Shown: piece by piece, positions 39,164 through 52,497 of the stretch
How positions within the stretch are numbered: position 1 is the first letter of the stretch
Layout of the letters: every line of letters begins with the position of its first letter
Assembly: GCA_000165425.1 (NCBI GenBank)
Contig: CT868660.1
Coordinates: forward strand, 1-64,000
Origin: Paramecium tetraurelia
Taxonomy: Eukaryota
Reading direction: 5' to 3'
Length of the DNA stretch: 64,000 nucleotides
The notes under the pieces: generated by a model
Databases searched by the model: none
The model's input: only the letters and a program-made list of their open reading frames with translations
What the model was told of the DNA's origin: nothing
Position numbers and translations under genes: made by a program

Positions 39164-40121
39164 ATGTCTTAAGTTTAGCAATTTTGTCAAGAGCTTTCGA
39201 ATGTAGATTTGAAAGATCCTAAAGCTAAGGAATTATTAATGGACAAAATAAAACAGTATGATGAAAAGTAATGATATTAAAAATAATTGAAATTAGTTTC
39301 GCTTAAACAAATTTTTATCCAACTCCCTCGCAATTATCACAAAATTACAAGCGAGATACTTCAAAGATCTAACTTCCTTCAAATGGGTCTGAATTGGAAA
39401 AGCAAATAAAAACATAATTTATTGCAGATGGATCCATCTTTGGGGAATATCAATCTATTTTAAGACAGGCTCGTGTTCCTGCTTATGTGACCCCTCCTCC
39501 TCCTCCTCCAAAACCAGAAGAATAAGCAGCATAGATCTTTTTAAGATTGCCATATAATTATCTAGATTAAAATGCTAATACAAAACACGAATCCAATATC
39601 ATTTAGAAACCTTAAAACCAGCCACTCAGTTAAATGTCTTACTTATTATCAACCATTCAAAATTAAAATTAACAAAATCAATTGCAGTAACAATAAATTT
39701 AGAATCCAGCAGCAATATAGGCAAGTGTTCTAAATAATCAATAATAAATGGACTTGTAAATGTAAATGAATCAAACCCCTCATGGTTTGGATAACGATTT
39801 TATCACCAACATCAAAAAAACAGTGAATGTATTGGGAGGAATAGAGGATACCGTTTAAAGTATATATATAAATGACCCTATAAAGTCATGAAATAGTCAT
39901 TATAGGATTACGAATTGCAGCATTCGATTGAGAAAAAGATTGAAAAGCAGCCAATCTTCAAAAATTCAACTTTGATGAATACGTAAAAGCCAAATCAACA
40001 GTAAATTACATAATAGCAGTACCATCCCTTTGAAAGATATATGGCAACAGAACCTTTATTGGTAGTGTAAAAGTCACAAAAATTAAGGGAATAAAAACTA
40101 TAGTAAAATATCCATAAATGA
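39164..40121 (+). CDS. Hypothetical Gln/Pro-rich protein
   Basis: Open table-6 frame after two tiny introns; contains TPPPPPPKPEE and Q/N-rich tracts. Confidence 0.55.
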
Positions 40122-40689
40122 ATATATATATGACAGTTTTGTTTGATTATTGTAAGTTTTCTTTTGAGCATCAACAATGGATTAAATAATTATATATATA
40201 TTACAAATTTTAATATAAAAATGGGATCAATCAACTTAAATCGCTGTTGTTCAAACAAGAATAGTTTGATTAAAATTTATTATTAAATATCTTTAAAATT
40301 ACACAAAAATAAGTCAATACAAAAAACTATAGACTCCCAAATACTCTCTATAAGGCTTAAGCAACATACTATACTCTTAATTCTCCACTAATATTTTATT
40401 GATAGAATAGAAATGATCAAAATCAACGCAATAAATTTTCCTGTTTTACATAGTCTTCAAAAGGAACTTAAATATATAATGTTTTAAATCATCTGACGAT
40501 TTTTCATCTTTTGTTGTTAACAATCTTGCCTTCATTAAAAATTATAAGTCATTGATTTTTAAGTAATCCACTTATGGATCAAATTTTGATAGATCTGTTT
40601 CTTTATCAAGTAATTTTTAAAGCAAGGACAATTAAAACTTATTTGATAATGTGTTGTTTTAGGAGAATAGTTATTATAATATATTGATG

Positions 40690-41522
40690 ATCTCATTCAA
40701 TTCAGTCTTGCTGTAAGATGGATTATTGAACAAAGTATTTTGAATGATAGTCAACATGTTTTTCATTTATTACGATGTTAATTAATAGCTTTATCCTTTC
40801 AAACCTTCTTTAATAATTGATAAATCCTATAAAGGATGAATAAGAAAGAAATTAGTATTCTCCAATATTTTGGCTTGTGTTAAGGTTTCCTTAACTTTTG
40901 ATGAAATGTTGTTTTAGAGGTCTAAGAATAATGGATCATTCTTCAATAGAGTGGATTATTTTTCAATGATTTAGAGACAATGGTAAAGGATATCCACTTC
41001 CTTCTGATACTTCTATTAGTTTTTATGGATTATTTTGAGCATTTCATACAGAGTCCTTTCTGAGATGTATAAATTGAATTTCTCATAAAATGTGAGAACA
41101 GCATGTATTTGTTTGATGTTCAAATATAACACATTTTTGTACCAAACTGATTCCATGTTTCGTAAGGGCTACATGTAATCCTTTTCTTCCATTATTATAT
41201 ATGATAACCAAATCATGTGACTGTTTATCTAATTCTCACTAAATTGAGTAGCTATGACACGTTCATATGATTGCTTATCAATAAATTGATTGACGTGCGA
41301 TCTCTATACATAAGTCATAAGATTTCTGTAATCTGTAATCATTTCATATTTACAAAAGTTTAATCGATCTCTAAGACTATTAAATAATTCAAGTGAGTTT
41401 TTTCTTAATCCCATTTTAATCAAGGTCGCTGGGTCAATGCTTGCAAAATCCTAGATTTGAGTGCCATTTTGAATGGCTGTAGAAAATAACACTTTTCTTA
41501 AATGTTTTGTATTTTAGAACAT
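40690..41522 (-). CDS. Hypothetical protein
   Basis: MFQNTKTFKKSVFSTAIQNGTQIQDFASIDPATLIKMGLRKNS... long open frame; 3' end approximate. Confidence 0.45.
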
Positions 41523-41553
41523 ATTAAAATCTTTAATTTTCATTTTTCAAATT

Positions 41554-42047
41554 ATGGCTGAATAAACCCAAGACAAACAATTCAAGGGAGTTAAGAAGTT
41601 TACTTATAGAGGCCTCTAACTTGAAGAGCTCGTAAAACTCCCTATGGATAAATTGGTGGAATAATTCAGAGCCAGATAGAGAAGAAGAATCTCAAATCAA
41701 GGAGAAAAGGTGCATGCATTCTAAAACTTGATGAAGAAGGTATACAATATTAGTAATATATTTAGATCAGAAAGTCCAAGAAAGAAACATTACCAGGAGA
41801 GAAGCCAAAACCCGTGAAGACTCATTAAAGAAACACAATTGTTGTACCTGAGATGGTTGGTTCAATTGTTGGAGTCTACAATGGAAGATAATTCAGTAAC
41901 GTTGAAATCAAGTTTGATATGATTGGCAGGTATTGATTTGTAAAAGCATGTATTAGATATTTGGGTGAATTCTCATTAACATATAAGCCAACCAGACATG
42001 GTAAGCCAGGAGTTGGTGCAACAAAAGGATCACAACACACAGATTGA
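41554..42047 (+). CDS. RPS15: 40S ribosomal protein S15 (uS19)
   Basis: [13 protein letters not shown]...[65 protein letters not shown]; introns at 41740-41765 and 41930-41956. Confidence 0.98.
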
Positions 42048-42493
42048 TGTTATGCATTTAAAAGTACATTAAGTTATTTCTACAATTATTATTAAGCTTC
42101 AAATTGCTATCAAAAACTTTTATTATGTAAAAGCAGCAGTCATTATTCACTTTATCATATATATTATTGTTGTTGTTTTTCAAAAAGATAAATATATCAT
42201 CTATATTTTCATAGACTTATCTTGAATGTTTATTTACATGTATTTAGCTTATTATTTTCATGATGATATCATTTTTCTTATGTATATACTAATTTCTATC
42301 CAAAATGATTATGGTAAAACCTTTTGATGAACTTAAGTGAATATTGGGTACATAATAAAGGATTAAACTAATTTATTACTTCGTTTATAAGTGAAAGAAG
42401 ATAAGTAGCGTATTGTAAAAATGATTTTATTATATTTGTTATTTTATATTGATATATATATTTATTTCATGAGAACCAAATAATTTAAATAAC

Positions 42494-43249
42494 ATGAATA
42501 ATTTTTGTTTTTATCATGATGGCTTATTAGAAGATCGAGAAAAGTACTTCAAATAAGATATCATAAACTTTATTGGAAATGTCTTAGCTTATATGAGAGA
42601 AAAAAATATTGAGATTCTATCTTATTAGCATTTTAATAAATGTTGGATGGAAAATGACATTCAGTTTATCCACTAATGTCAATTGGAATGGGAATCTCAA
42701 GACGATTATTACAATCTGTTATACGGGATTATACTAAATAAATTGATCGAATCCCCCTTATACTTTGAATAGCTGTCATTATTCTACTTAATTTATACTA
42801 TCTATGTTACTTTAGATTAAAAGATACTTATCTCCTTAGATCAAGAGACAATGAATCAGTTGTACTTCTTTTTTTAGGAATGCAAAGAAAAAGGCAATCA
42901 TGATGTATTTCTCCTTTTTTTGGAGTTAAACAAATAAAATGCATTTCTATTGAGTTCTCGTGTTGGATGTAAACGATTGTCCATTCATCCTTGTGGATTA
43001 CCATATATTATTACAAAAAGAAAGTAATATCATTGATAATGTAGTAAAGCACAATTAAAGTAGATTACAGAAGAAAGAGAGGATGAGTAAGAAAAAGTAG
43101 AAAGAACAGATTTGACTAAATAACTATTAAATGCAAGTGAGAAATACCATAAAGCGAAACAAAAATAAAATATTAAGTTGAAAAGTACTGATCCGCATTT
43201 TGCTTAGAGATGCATACACACTTTTAGTAATATTAATTAGAAATAATGA
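42494..43249 (+). CDS. SNAPC1 (SNAP43)-like snRNA-activating complex subunit
   Basis: FKQDIINFI...SYQHFNKCWMENDIQFIH...LFYLIYTIYVT...KILIS...HDVFLLFLELNKQNAF follows the SNAPC1 N-terminal pattern (F..F...W, LY.LY.LY, D....F..L....AF). Judged by eye; 21-nt intron at 43024-43044. Confidence 0.6.
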
Positions 43250-43583
43250 ACATGAACAATTATTGTATATAGCATGATTAATTTATACGTTTGTTCACTG
43301 CCAATAAGCTATTCGCTGTTATTATATTATGTTTTAAATTGATGGGTATTCCTTTAGATTAAGTATTATTTTTATTAACTTCTCTTCATAATTTTGAATA
43401 TAATTTATTTAATCGCTATTAATAGTATATTTTTTTAGAAAGAATAATTCAATAATAATAATTTCAGTGTGATAAAGTTAGAGTTTTAATTGATTTTTTG
43501 AAGTGGGTATCTTAATATATTATAATATTATTGTATTGATTTTCCTGAAATCCAAAAAAAATTAATAAATACTTTTTTCATAA

Positions 43584-44655
43584 ATGAAAAATTAGGATCA
43601 TTTGGATAGAATCCACACTGCAAGTACTATGGCCTAGACTGGACAGCAATCTCAATTTTGGTATTAATTCGAATGTGATTTTAGCTAAGTCACTTTCGGT
43701 AATATGAAAAAAGAGAAAAAATATAGGGTCAATAATAGGTATTAAAAACAGGATATGGACGATAATCCTATTGATGAAGAAGAGTAGATTAGAGAGTACC
43801 AGAACTAAAAGGAAATATAATAATTTTAATAAATAGACTTGTAGCCAAAGCAAATAAAATAAAAAGAAGATGAGTACGAGAAATTAATTAAATTTAATGA
43901 ATATAATTACAATGATGGCAATCAATTTGAAGAACCTGATCAAGAGTCTCCCATTTAAAAACCCAAGAAAGTCAAAGGCGATCATCTTTACATTGCTTGG
44001 TATGATAAATTTGAATTTTAGTTAGAGAAAGCCTTTAGGGGAATTCTTAAAGAAGTATAATTTATAAGATATTGCTCATCCTTACATTAAAAAGGCAACA
44101 AAAACTAAATGCTGCTTTTTTGCTGTGAATACTGAATAATCTCATTATTAGACTTAAAAATAAAATATTATTAAAGTAGGCCAAGAGTTATATAATGATA
44201 AAAATGAAGATCATTGCAACTTACTATACTCAATTTTCTATTTAATATCCCAATTAGAAACATTATCAAAACGAAAATCATAAGAGATCTCAAATAATAA
44301 AATTAACTTATTCTAATTATTTTATACTTTGTCTTGTGTTACAGAATTCAGAGATGACTTAATTTAGATTGGTAAATTCGTAGAAAAGAAAGAGATGATT
44401 GTCTCTGTTATGTTTTTTTGTTCCAAATACATTTTTGAAGTCTTGCAATTTGGAAGTTTAGATCCTATTTTTAAATACACTCAAAGTAGTGGGGAAACTT
44501 TCCATAATCTAATGACTTGTATTCATATGGGTGTTTTTCGATATATTTCTACTTCTAATTACACTTAGGAATAAGAAATCTATTCAAATTTACAAAACCA
44601 AAGTATAAAACACCTTTTAGACATTTGGAAAGATAACAAATTTAAAAACAATTGA
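43584..44655 (+). CDS. Hypothetical protein
   Basis: ATG plus a tiny intron and coding-like composition; exon structure not fully resolved. Confidence 0.35.
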
Positions 44656-44891
44656 AAAAACATTTGATTAAATCAATTTTGATTTTTATATATTAATTAA
44701 GAAGGTTGTTATAAAAATCGAGCTCCCTTATTTGGGATTATATATAGTTCTCATTTTAAGTTCATTTAAATAACTAAATATATTTTTTTATATAAAATTT
44801 GCTATAATATAGAAAGATTATATTATAATAAAAAGGTTTATATCCAATTTTTATTTCTTTTTAAAGATACATTCATTATTAAAATTAATTC

Positions 44892-45221
44892 ATGGATAAT
44901 TTAAAAAAGGCACAAAAGCTCATGTAATTTTTGTAGATATCCTTAGAAAATTCGGATAAATAACAAAAGACGACATTGTGATTGGTAAAGATGAAGTTGA
45001 TAGAAAATTTTTGACTCCATGTGGTCCTGTGTATACAGAGTTTCATGATTGCTTGAAATTAAACTATGGAGATGTTATCATCTGTATGACAGCATTTCAT
45101 TACATTAGGTGATAAATTTAGAGAGAAGATGATCGAATGTGAAGTAAGTCAAGGATTTTTCAAATATGATGTTGCTGACATAAGAAAAAGAAGATAAAAA
45201 CTCCATGGAAGCGAGGCTTGA
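44892..45221 (+). CDS. Small twin-CX9C (CHCH) protein, probable mitochondrial intermembrane space
   Basis: After removing introns 44924-44946 and 45084-45108: PCGPVYTEFHDCLKLNYGDVIICDKFREKMIECEV, i.e. C-x9-C-x10-C-x9-C. Confidence 0.78.
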
Positions 45222-48200
45222 TTTATTAATTATTATAGAAGCATCACAGCTCATCATTATTATTATTTGTATATATATATACAGTTTTCACTGTTTTTAT
45301 TTTTCATAATTAAATTTAATCTCGGTTGAGCAATATTAATAAGGGAATTCCTAATAAAGAAGTTGACTATGTAGAGCAACAGTCTCACTAGTGATAAATA
45401 ATTAATTCTAAAAATAAAAATATATATTATTTCTTATTCACAAATGTATGTTTAATCAATCAGATAGACACCAACTGTTCACTAATAATATGCAAATTTT
45501 AATAATCAATTTTATTTATACATCTGATATTGAAACATACAAAATTTAAAAAACTCAAGTATGCAAGAACTTTTGGTTATTTTTTGATTATTAATACTAA
45601 ATGTTATTTAATTTGATTGATGGAGTAACTTCCTTTTGTTTATTCTATGAAGACAGTTAGAATTCTTATCAAAATCCTATTTTTTAACAAAATTTTAATC
45701 ATAAGGTTTACAATTAATTAGATTATATGCTATGGAGACTTTTTCAGGTGCATTTCATTTTTAGTAATGAATTTTATTTCATACAGCGACAAACTAAACT
45801 AAAGAAGATTAACTGTATGATCAACAATTAGTATTTTAGTGAAGTTTATAAAGAATAAATATTTGAGATAATTAAACTATGTATCAATTAAGTGGAATTA
45901 TTGGTCTTTGTATTAAATATTATGGAGTTATAAAACATCTATTATTATTTTAAGAAGTAAATCAGTTATACAAATAAGAAAATTAGATATCAATAAATAA
46001 AAGTAGATATCATTGATGTGAAAAGCTTCTTTGAATACTAAAAGAAGATGCCATACTATTACTTTATAATTATTATTATATCTATTATAGAAGTTGTAGC
46101 TATAATAAAAATACAGTTTCATAAGAATTTAATTAGTAGGGTTTATAATTAAGAAATAAGTCTAAATTTTGAAGATAATATTCAAAAAGTGAAAGAAGGG
46201 ATAATTGAGATCACCAGTTTAATATTCAATCTATATTTTATGAGTAAAGAGACTTGTTAATAACGATAAATTTCGGCAACTCTTAAAATTTTCATTAACC
46301 CCACTTAATAGGAATGTATTATATATCTACATAGTAATGTTTATTGTTATAAATTTAATAAATTATTTTAATATCAAAAATAATGTCTCATTAAGGAATA
46401 CGAACATAATAAAATAGCTTAGAAAATTGCCAAGCTTAATCAGATTTCGAGATGATTATTAATGAAAAAGAAAGATTAATACAATATTTAGAAAAATAAT
46501 AGGAAATATTGAAGAACAAGCTCTAGTTTTATTAATTCGAATATCATCAAGCAATATTAGAACATCATTCAAAATAGATCTAATTATTTGATATATAAAA
46601 TAAAAAATAACCATCAATTATGTTAGTCTAAAAGTAAATAGATGAAGAATATTGATTTTTCTCATTGTATAATTTTAGAAATAAATATAATTCTTATTCT
46701 TTTAAGATCTTTCCATTAAATTTGTATATAGGAATAATTTCATGTGTTAATTTATATGCATTGGATAATATATCTGATCAAGGAACTTAAAATATTATGA
46801 GTTAATAATGTAATTTATAATATTGATAATCAATTCTGGTGTTTCAAACATATTAATGGTATCTTTGGTACACATCTCGTTTAATTTATTATAATATTTA
46901 TTATTCTTCTGGCTGGACCGTAAAGGAGAATCTCCAACAATATTAATAGATTGCATCAAAGTCTTCAATGATTGACCATGCGAATTTAAGATGCAATAAT
47001 ATTATGCCTTTTTGGAAAAATATGCAATATAAAATTGGATAAATATAATAGGAGCATCTATAAGAATAAACAAAAACTGGCTTCATTAATAGTGAATATA
47101 ATTACTGGATTAAGAAAATGCTAAAACTTTTAGGGATTGATTGAATCCTACAAATGGGATAGCTACCAATATTAATATGATTTCTAAAAGGATGGTCAAT
47201 ATTAATAAATTAATGACTAGGTATCCGTAATAAATTAGAAGGATTGCTAACTTGGTATCTAAAATTAAGTGAGGATTGAAATAAAAGGTAAGAGTAGTAA
47301 TTGTAATCGATGTAAACATTTCAATCAGAGCTGAGATTGTCATGCATTTAGTACATGAATCATCCATTGGATTAATACAAATTAATTATATATATGTAAA
47401 GAATAAATATTATTTCTAATAAATTCCAAATCAAGTTTATTAATTACCAATAAGGAAATAAACTTTATTGGAACTTCTTTAGAACAATTTGATGAAAAAT
47501 AAATACCTTATAGTCACATAATATAAGTTATCATACGAAGTTAATAGAAAGAAATAATTAAAGCATCATTTAGCAAAGAAATGTTTCATAGTTCATCTTT
47601 GGATTATGGTGGATAAACTTAATATATAGTAAGAAGGTATTAAATAAATCAATAATCAACAATAACAAGATTAATAAATAACATTTTAAAATAATTTAAA
47701 TAATGATCATTTAAGTGAATTAGAGTAATTTGTGAATAGCTTAAGAAGGAAATAAAATAATTGATAATAAGTAAATCTAATTTGCTAGATGTAATAAGTT
47801 TTCTCCTATGCCTTTATTTTTTTATTTGGGAAGTATGATAAATGATTAATCTACAGAACAATGTAAATAAGTTGGAAAATCAAACATAAATCTAAGAAAA
47901 TTCATTTTTGATTATATCAGAGAGTAGAAAATGAATAGATAAAATTAGATTTATTAAATTACATGATATGAAGTAGATCTAATAATACTATATGCTAATA
48001 AGGAGTAATTCATTTTAACTATTACCTCCAATAACCTTTACCCTAACAGCGAAATTGGATTTGAACGATAATAGATAATTTGTTCTATTCATTCCATTTA
48101 ATTCGATTCTCTCTTCTAATTAGAATTTTAAAAGGATCTGGCTCTACCAAAAAAAGAAGAAAATGAAAACATTAGTTAATTAGCATTATTTAATAATTTC

Positions 48201-48337
48201 AATTATATTATGTTATTTGATCGTTGAGATGTACTACTTTTCATAGTTAATAATGTGGAGACTTGTTCAATAAAAGGTGAATTCGAAGTAATGATCACGA
48301 TTAAAATATATATAAGTTTTATAAATAAAATTATTAA

Positions 48338-51300
48338 ATGAAGTTTCAGAAATTGGAAGACGATTAAACATTAAAAGACTAATAGAATCTCAAATAAAAG
48401 AAGGAATTATTAAAATAAGAATTTGAACATTTGGAGGAAATTAAAAAATATGACAATTTATCAATTGTTTCTAGCAATGATTTTAAGTTTAAAGCAGAAT
48501 TAGATAAACTGTTAGAAATGAATAGAAGCAAGAATAAAGAATTAAGTTTATTGTTGAAACCTTAAACATTTTAACCATCTAAATCATAGATGGGAGGTTC
48601 ATAATTGTAAACCATATCTGGGACTTATGGTTAGATTAGATCGATTAATAATCATCATTCAGACCCCTTATTTGCTACATTTACATAGAGCATTTATACG
48701 AAAGATACTGATAGCAATGAATAATATATCGAGTAATTAAAAGTCCAAGAAGAACGATATAACGATTTGATTTTAGAAGAATCTGAAAAAAGAGATTCTC
48801 TGGAGCAACAATTAATTCAAATTGAAAAATCCAAATTAATCTTACAATAAAAAGTAGAATAATATCAAATGTTAACAAGAATGTCAAATAAGAGATTTGC
48901 TAACACTTAATCTCTATAGTTTTTAGCAGAATAAAAAAAGGAAACTAGCAAAGTGAATTTGAGATCCATTAAGGATGAATTCGAGTAAATGAAGAAAATG
49001 CAAGACACCTATAAAAAATAGTAAGAAGAAAAGCAGTCGAATTTATAGAAGGTCATTTATGTTGGAGAAGAGAATATTGGACATAATGCTATTAAAATTG
49101 AACATGCATTATCGATGAACACCTAATGTGTTAGATAAATAGAAAAATTAGAAATAGAAAAACAAAAGAAAATTGAAAAAAAATTAGAAAGTCGTTATAT
49201 ATTGACATATATTGAATGTTTTGAGAATTTTGAAAGGATTTTTATGCAACCAACTGGGGTTCAGAATGCCTATAGATTAGTTGATGAGTTCTAAGTAAAT
49301 GAAGAGCAATTACGTAAATATTCATAATAACAAATCTAATTTGATCAATCAGCCAATGTTCAAAATGAAGAAGATTTTGATCGTAATGAATTACTATCAT
49401 AAATAACTAAGTTTTATGAATAAGGAGAAAATAGAACTAAATATATTTTAAATTTCATGTTAGAATAATATTGGCATCTATAATCAACCTTAAATAAAAG
49501 TAGTTTAGAATATGAAAATCTATTAAAATAGAAAAAAGTGTTGTTGGATGTCATTGAAAATTTAGAATGGGAGATAAATGAATTAAAATTGAAGAATCCA
49601 AACTTAGAAGTTCATGAATATTCTTCAGTTGCAGAAGATGCAGGACTATTAGAAGTTAAAGAGTAAATGACAACATTGAATATTAAAAAAATGGAAATGG
49701 AGGATCACTCAGACAATGTATTATACTAAAAAGCTGCAAAGGCACAAGGATTGCTAATGAAATTTTAATTAGGATTAGCTGAGTTTATGCATAGAGTCTT
49801 TTAAATCATCTCTCTAATCGACAATAAAAATAAAGAAATTAAAAAGTTCAAATATACAGGATTATCAAGTGAGATATTGAATTATGAAAAATACCTAGCA
49901 AAAGTATATCACTCGAATGAAAAGAAATTTTAGATTGCTAATAATTCTGAATAAATGGATGTTTAGCCTTTGCATCTAAACTTATTTTAAATTTCCAACA
50001 TCATTTCATAGGTGTTAAGCATCAATTAACATATTGTTGAAGAAATTAGTTCCTATTTCTTTATATAATGTAAGACTGATTAAATTTTATGGTTCCATCT
50101 CACTTAAGATAATTTCACTTAATTTATAAGCCAATTTAAGTAATTTGATTCTATTCTAATCTAAAAGGAACTATAATCTCCAAAAGTAATTAATTAATTC
50201 AGAGAGCAATTGGTCGACATTTTCACTCATAATTTCAAGGAATTATTCTCTTTTTTTACAAATATGTATGGTAAGGTTAAAGATATAGCAGAAGATTTGT
50301 TAATTCATTTGAAAGAAAACAATCCGAAATTTGACTTTAACAAATTAAATAGAAATCTCGCAAAAGAAGGATAAGATATTAAACAAGCAAAAGAATTAAT
50401 TATAAAAAGAATGATTGAATATAAGACTGGAGACAATTTCACATTAAGAAAAGAGAATTCAATGTAAGCTCTTAAAAACACCAAAACTAAAATTGAGGAT
50501 GATCAAGTTATTGAATAGGTTTAAACTAAATTACAATAAGATTATCAAAACTCTAAGGAGTTATTTCCATTAAAGGAAGAATTCGATGAATCCTAATTGA
50601 CTTAGATTAAAAGCTTTTTTCGACAAAAAATAAAAGAAAAGAATGAAGAAAAAAAAGAATGCAAAACCGATTAAAATTCAACAAAAGATTAAATTACAAT
50701 TATTAAGGATTAGTAAGACTTTTAATAGAAAAAGAAAGTGCAAGAAAGAAATGAAAACAAATACGAAAAAGGAAGAAATAAAAAGAATTAAGATATTAAA
50801 CCTTAAAAATAAGTCATAAGAGATGAACTAGAATAAGAAAGAGAGTTATTGAAAGCATAAATTGCTTCTAATGTTTAGAAAATGCAAGAAGAAAAAGAAA
50901 GGAAAGAAAAACCTGAGTTTAAAGAATAATAAAATGAAAGAAAAACTCAAATAAAAGAATCAACGGAAAGGCTCTATGGAGAAAGAGGATACACTGTATA
51001 ATTGATTAGAAACATGGCGTTGACATCAAATATTTTGAGTGACATTGATTAATTAGAGCACTTTCAGACAAAAATTGAATAACCTCAATTAGTAAGTGCG
51101 TTTGTTATGTAAAGAAAGAATTTGCATAAGAATCTGACAAAAGATTTAACATTGCCATAACTCTCGTACTTAAAACCAACAAGTGCATATATTGCAAGAA
51201 GGAATTAATCCTCTGAATAGATCAAGGCTATGGATTATAAAAGATATTATGAAATAGAAAATGGAGTCAACATAAGACCATAAACACAATAATTAGCAAG

Positions 51301-51481
51301 AAAATCTATCACCAAATAAAAAAATAATACTTTTAATACTGAAGAATATAAGAAAAAATACTCAGTCAAGAATTTGAAGAATTAAAATAGTGATATCAAA
51401 TCTAACTAAATGCCTCAACCTATAACAGAATTTCCGACAAATCATGGTCCTTAGTCATGTTTAATCCCTTAAATGAATTGA
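48338..51481 (+). CDS. Large coiled-coil protein, weak resemblance to outer-dynein-arm docking complex subunits
   Basis: About 3.1 kb of E/K/Q-rich table-6 coding sequence. The segment CFENFERIFMQPTGVQNAYRLVDEFQVNEEQ loosely resembles the ODA-DC (CCDC114/151) F.KI...TG......V..F...EE motif. Confidence 0.6.
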
Positions 51482-51591
51482 TTCCCAATATTTTATACAT
51501 ATTTTATAAATAATATACCAGTAAAATTGATATCTATTTGATAAAAAAAATACTAAGGTAATGCATTCTTAATTAGATTCTATTATTTTTA

Positions 51592-52447
51592 TATGCTTAA
51601 TGAATTTATTCATTAATCGAGTTTCAACTGGCTAATCTTTAAAGCATAAGGATTTATTGATTGTTAGAAACAACTTTAATTTAATTTATATTTTTATGTT
51701 GAGTTTGCTAAAATAAAGTACATAAGAATTAGTAATAAAATCTTTACACCAAGAGATAGGGATAAATTCTAAAAAAATTTGACATTTATTAATTAGCTAT
51801 GAAATAAATTAGATTACTTTAAAATATGCTTTAAAGAATAAGGAATAAGTAAAATAACCATAATCAGATATATTATTGAAAAGTACAAGGGTTGTATTAT
51901 ATTTGATAACTAATTTGCAACTATTTAGAGTCATAAAACAACACCTAAGAAATTATTGGTTCAACACGCTCTTTCCGATGAACGATTAGTTTTTAATTCA
52001 ATTCTTAAGTGACATCAGATTGAAGAGATAGATAATGTTTAAAGAAAATAAAAAAGATAATTACTATCAGCAACTTTTCATGTAACAAGAGAAACGAATT
52101 GTTACAACAAATATTTGATATCTAGTCATAATCTTATTAAACTCAGTGCAGAAAAGAGTATTTAGTAAGACAAGATCTCGAGTTTAATGATAAAAATCTA
52201 AATAATTCCAAGTTAACATTAATTATCCAATCAACCTAATAGAATTGTAAATGATTGCAATATATTTTATCAAAATCTATAGAATACTGCTGAGACAAAA
52301 ACTTTTAGAAAGGCAAGAAATCTTTTCTTTAGAGATTCTAGCAAATTAAATCAATATCACTTGATAGGTGATTTGTTTCTTTTATGACAATAAGCATGCT
52401 TAAATACAACAATCAAATAGTATTATAGTTCTGATATATAAAATTGA
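51592..52447 (+). CDS. Hypothetical protein
   Basis: ATG-initiated coding-like stretch between two genes; no motif recognised. Confidence 0.3.
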
Positions 52448-52497
52448 AATATATATATTTCATATTAATTAATAAGATATTTTATTGGATTAAGACT

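Noticed and set aside
39492..39512. (CCT)n microsatellite, and TAA/TTA triplet runs elsewhere
   Set aside because: These are coding poly-Pro and poly-Gln tracts, not independent repeats.
42050..42480. TGATGA boxes downstream of RPS15 as a C/D snoRNA
   Set aside because: No matching CTGA box with a terminal stem or rRNA-complementary guide was seen; the hexamer is common in AT-rich DNA.
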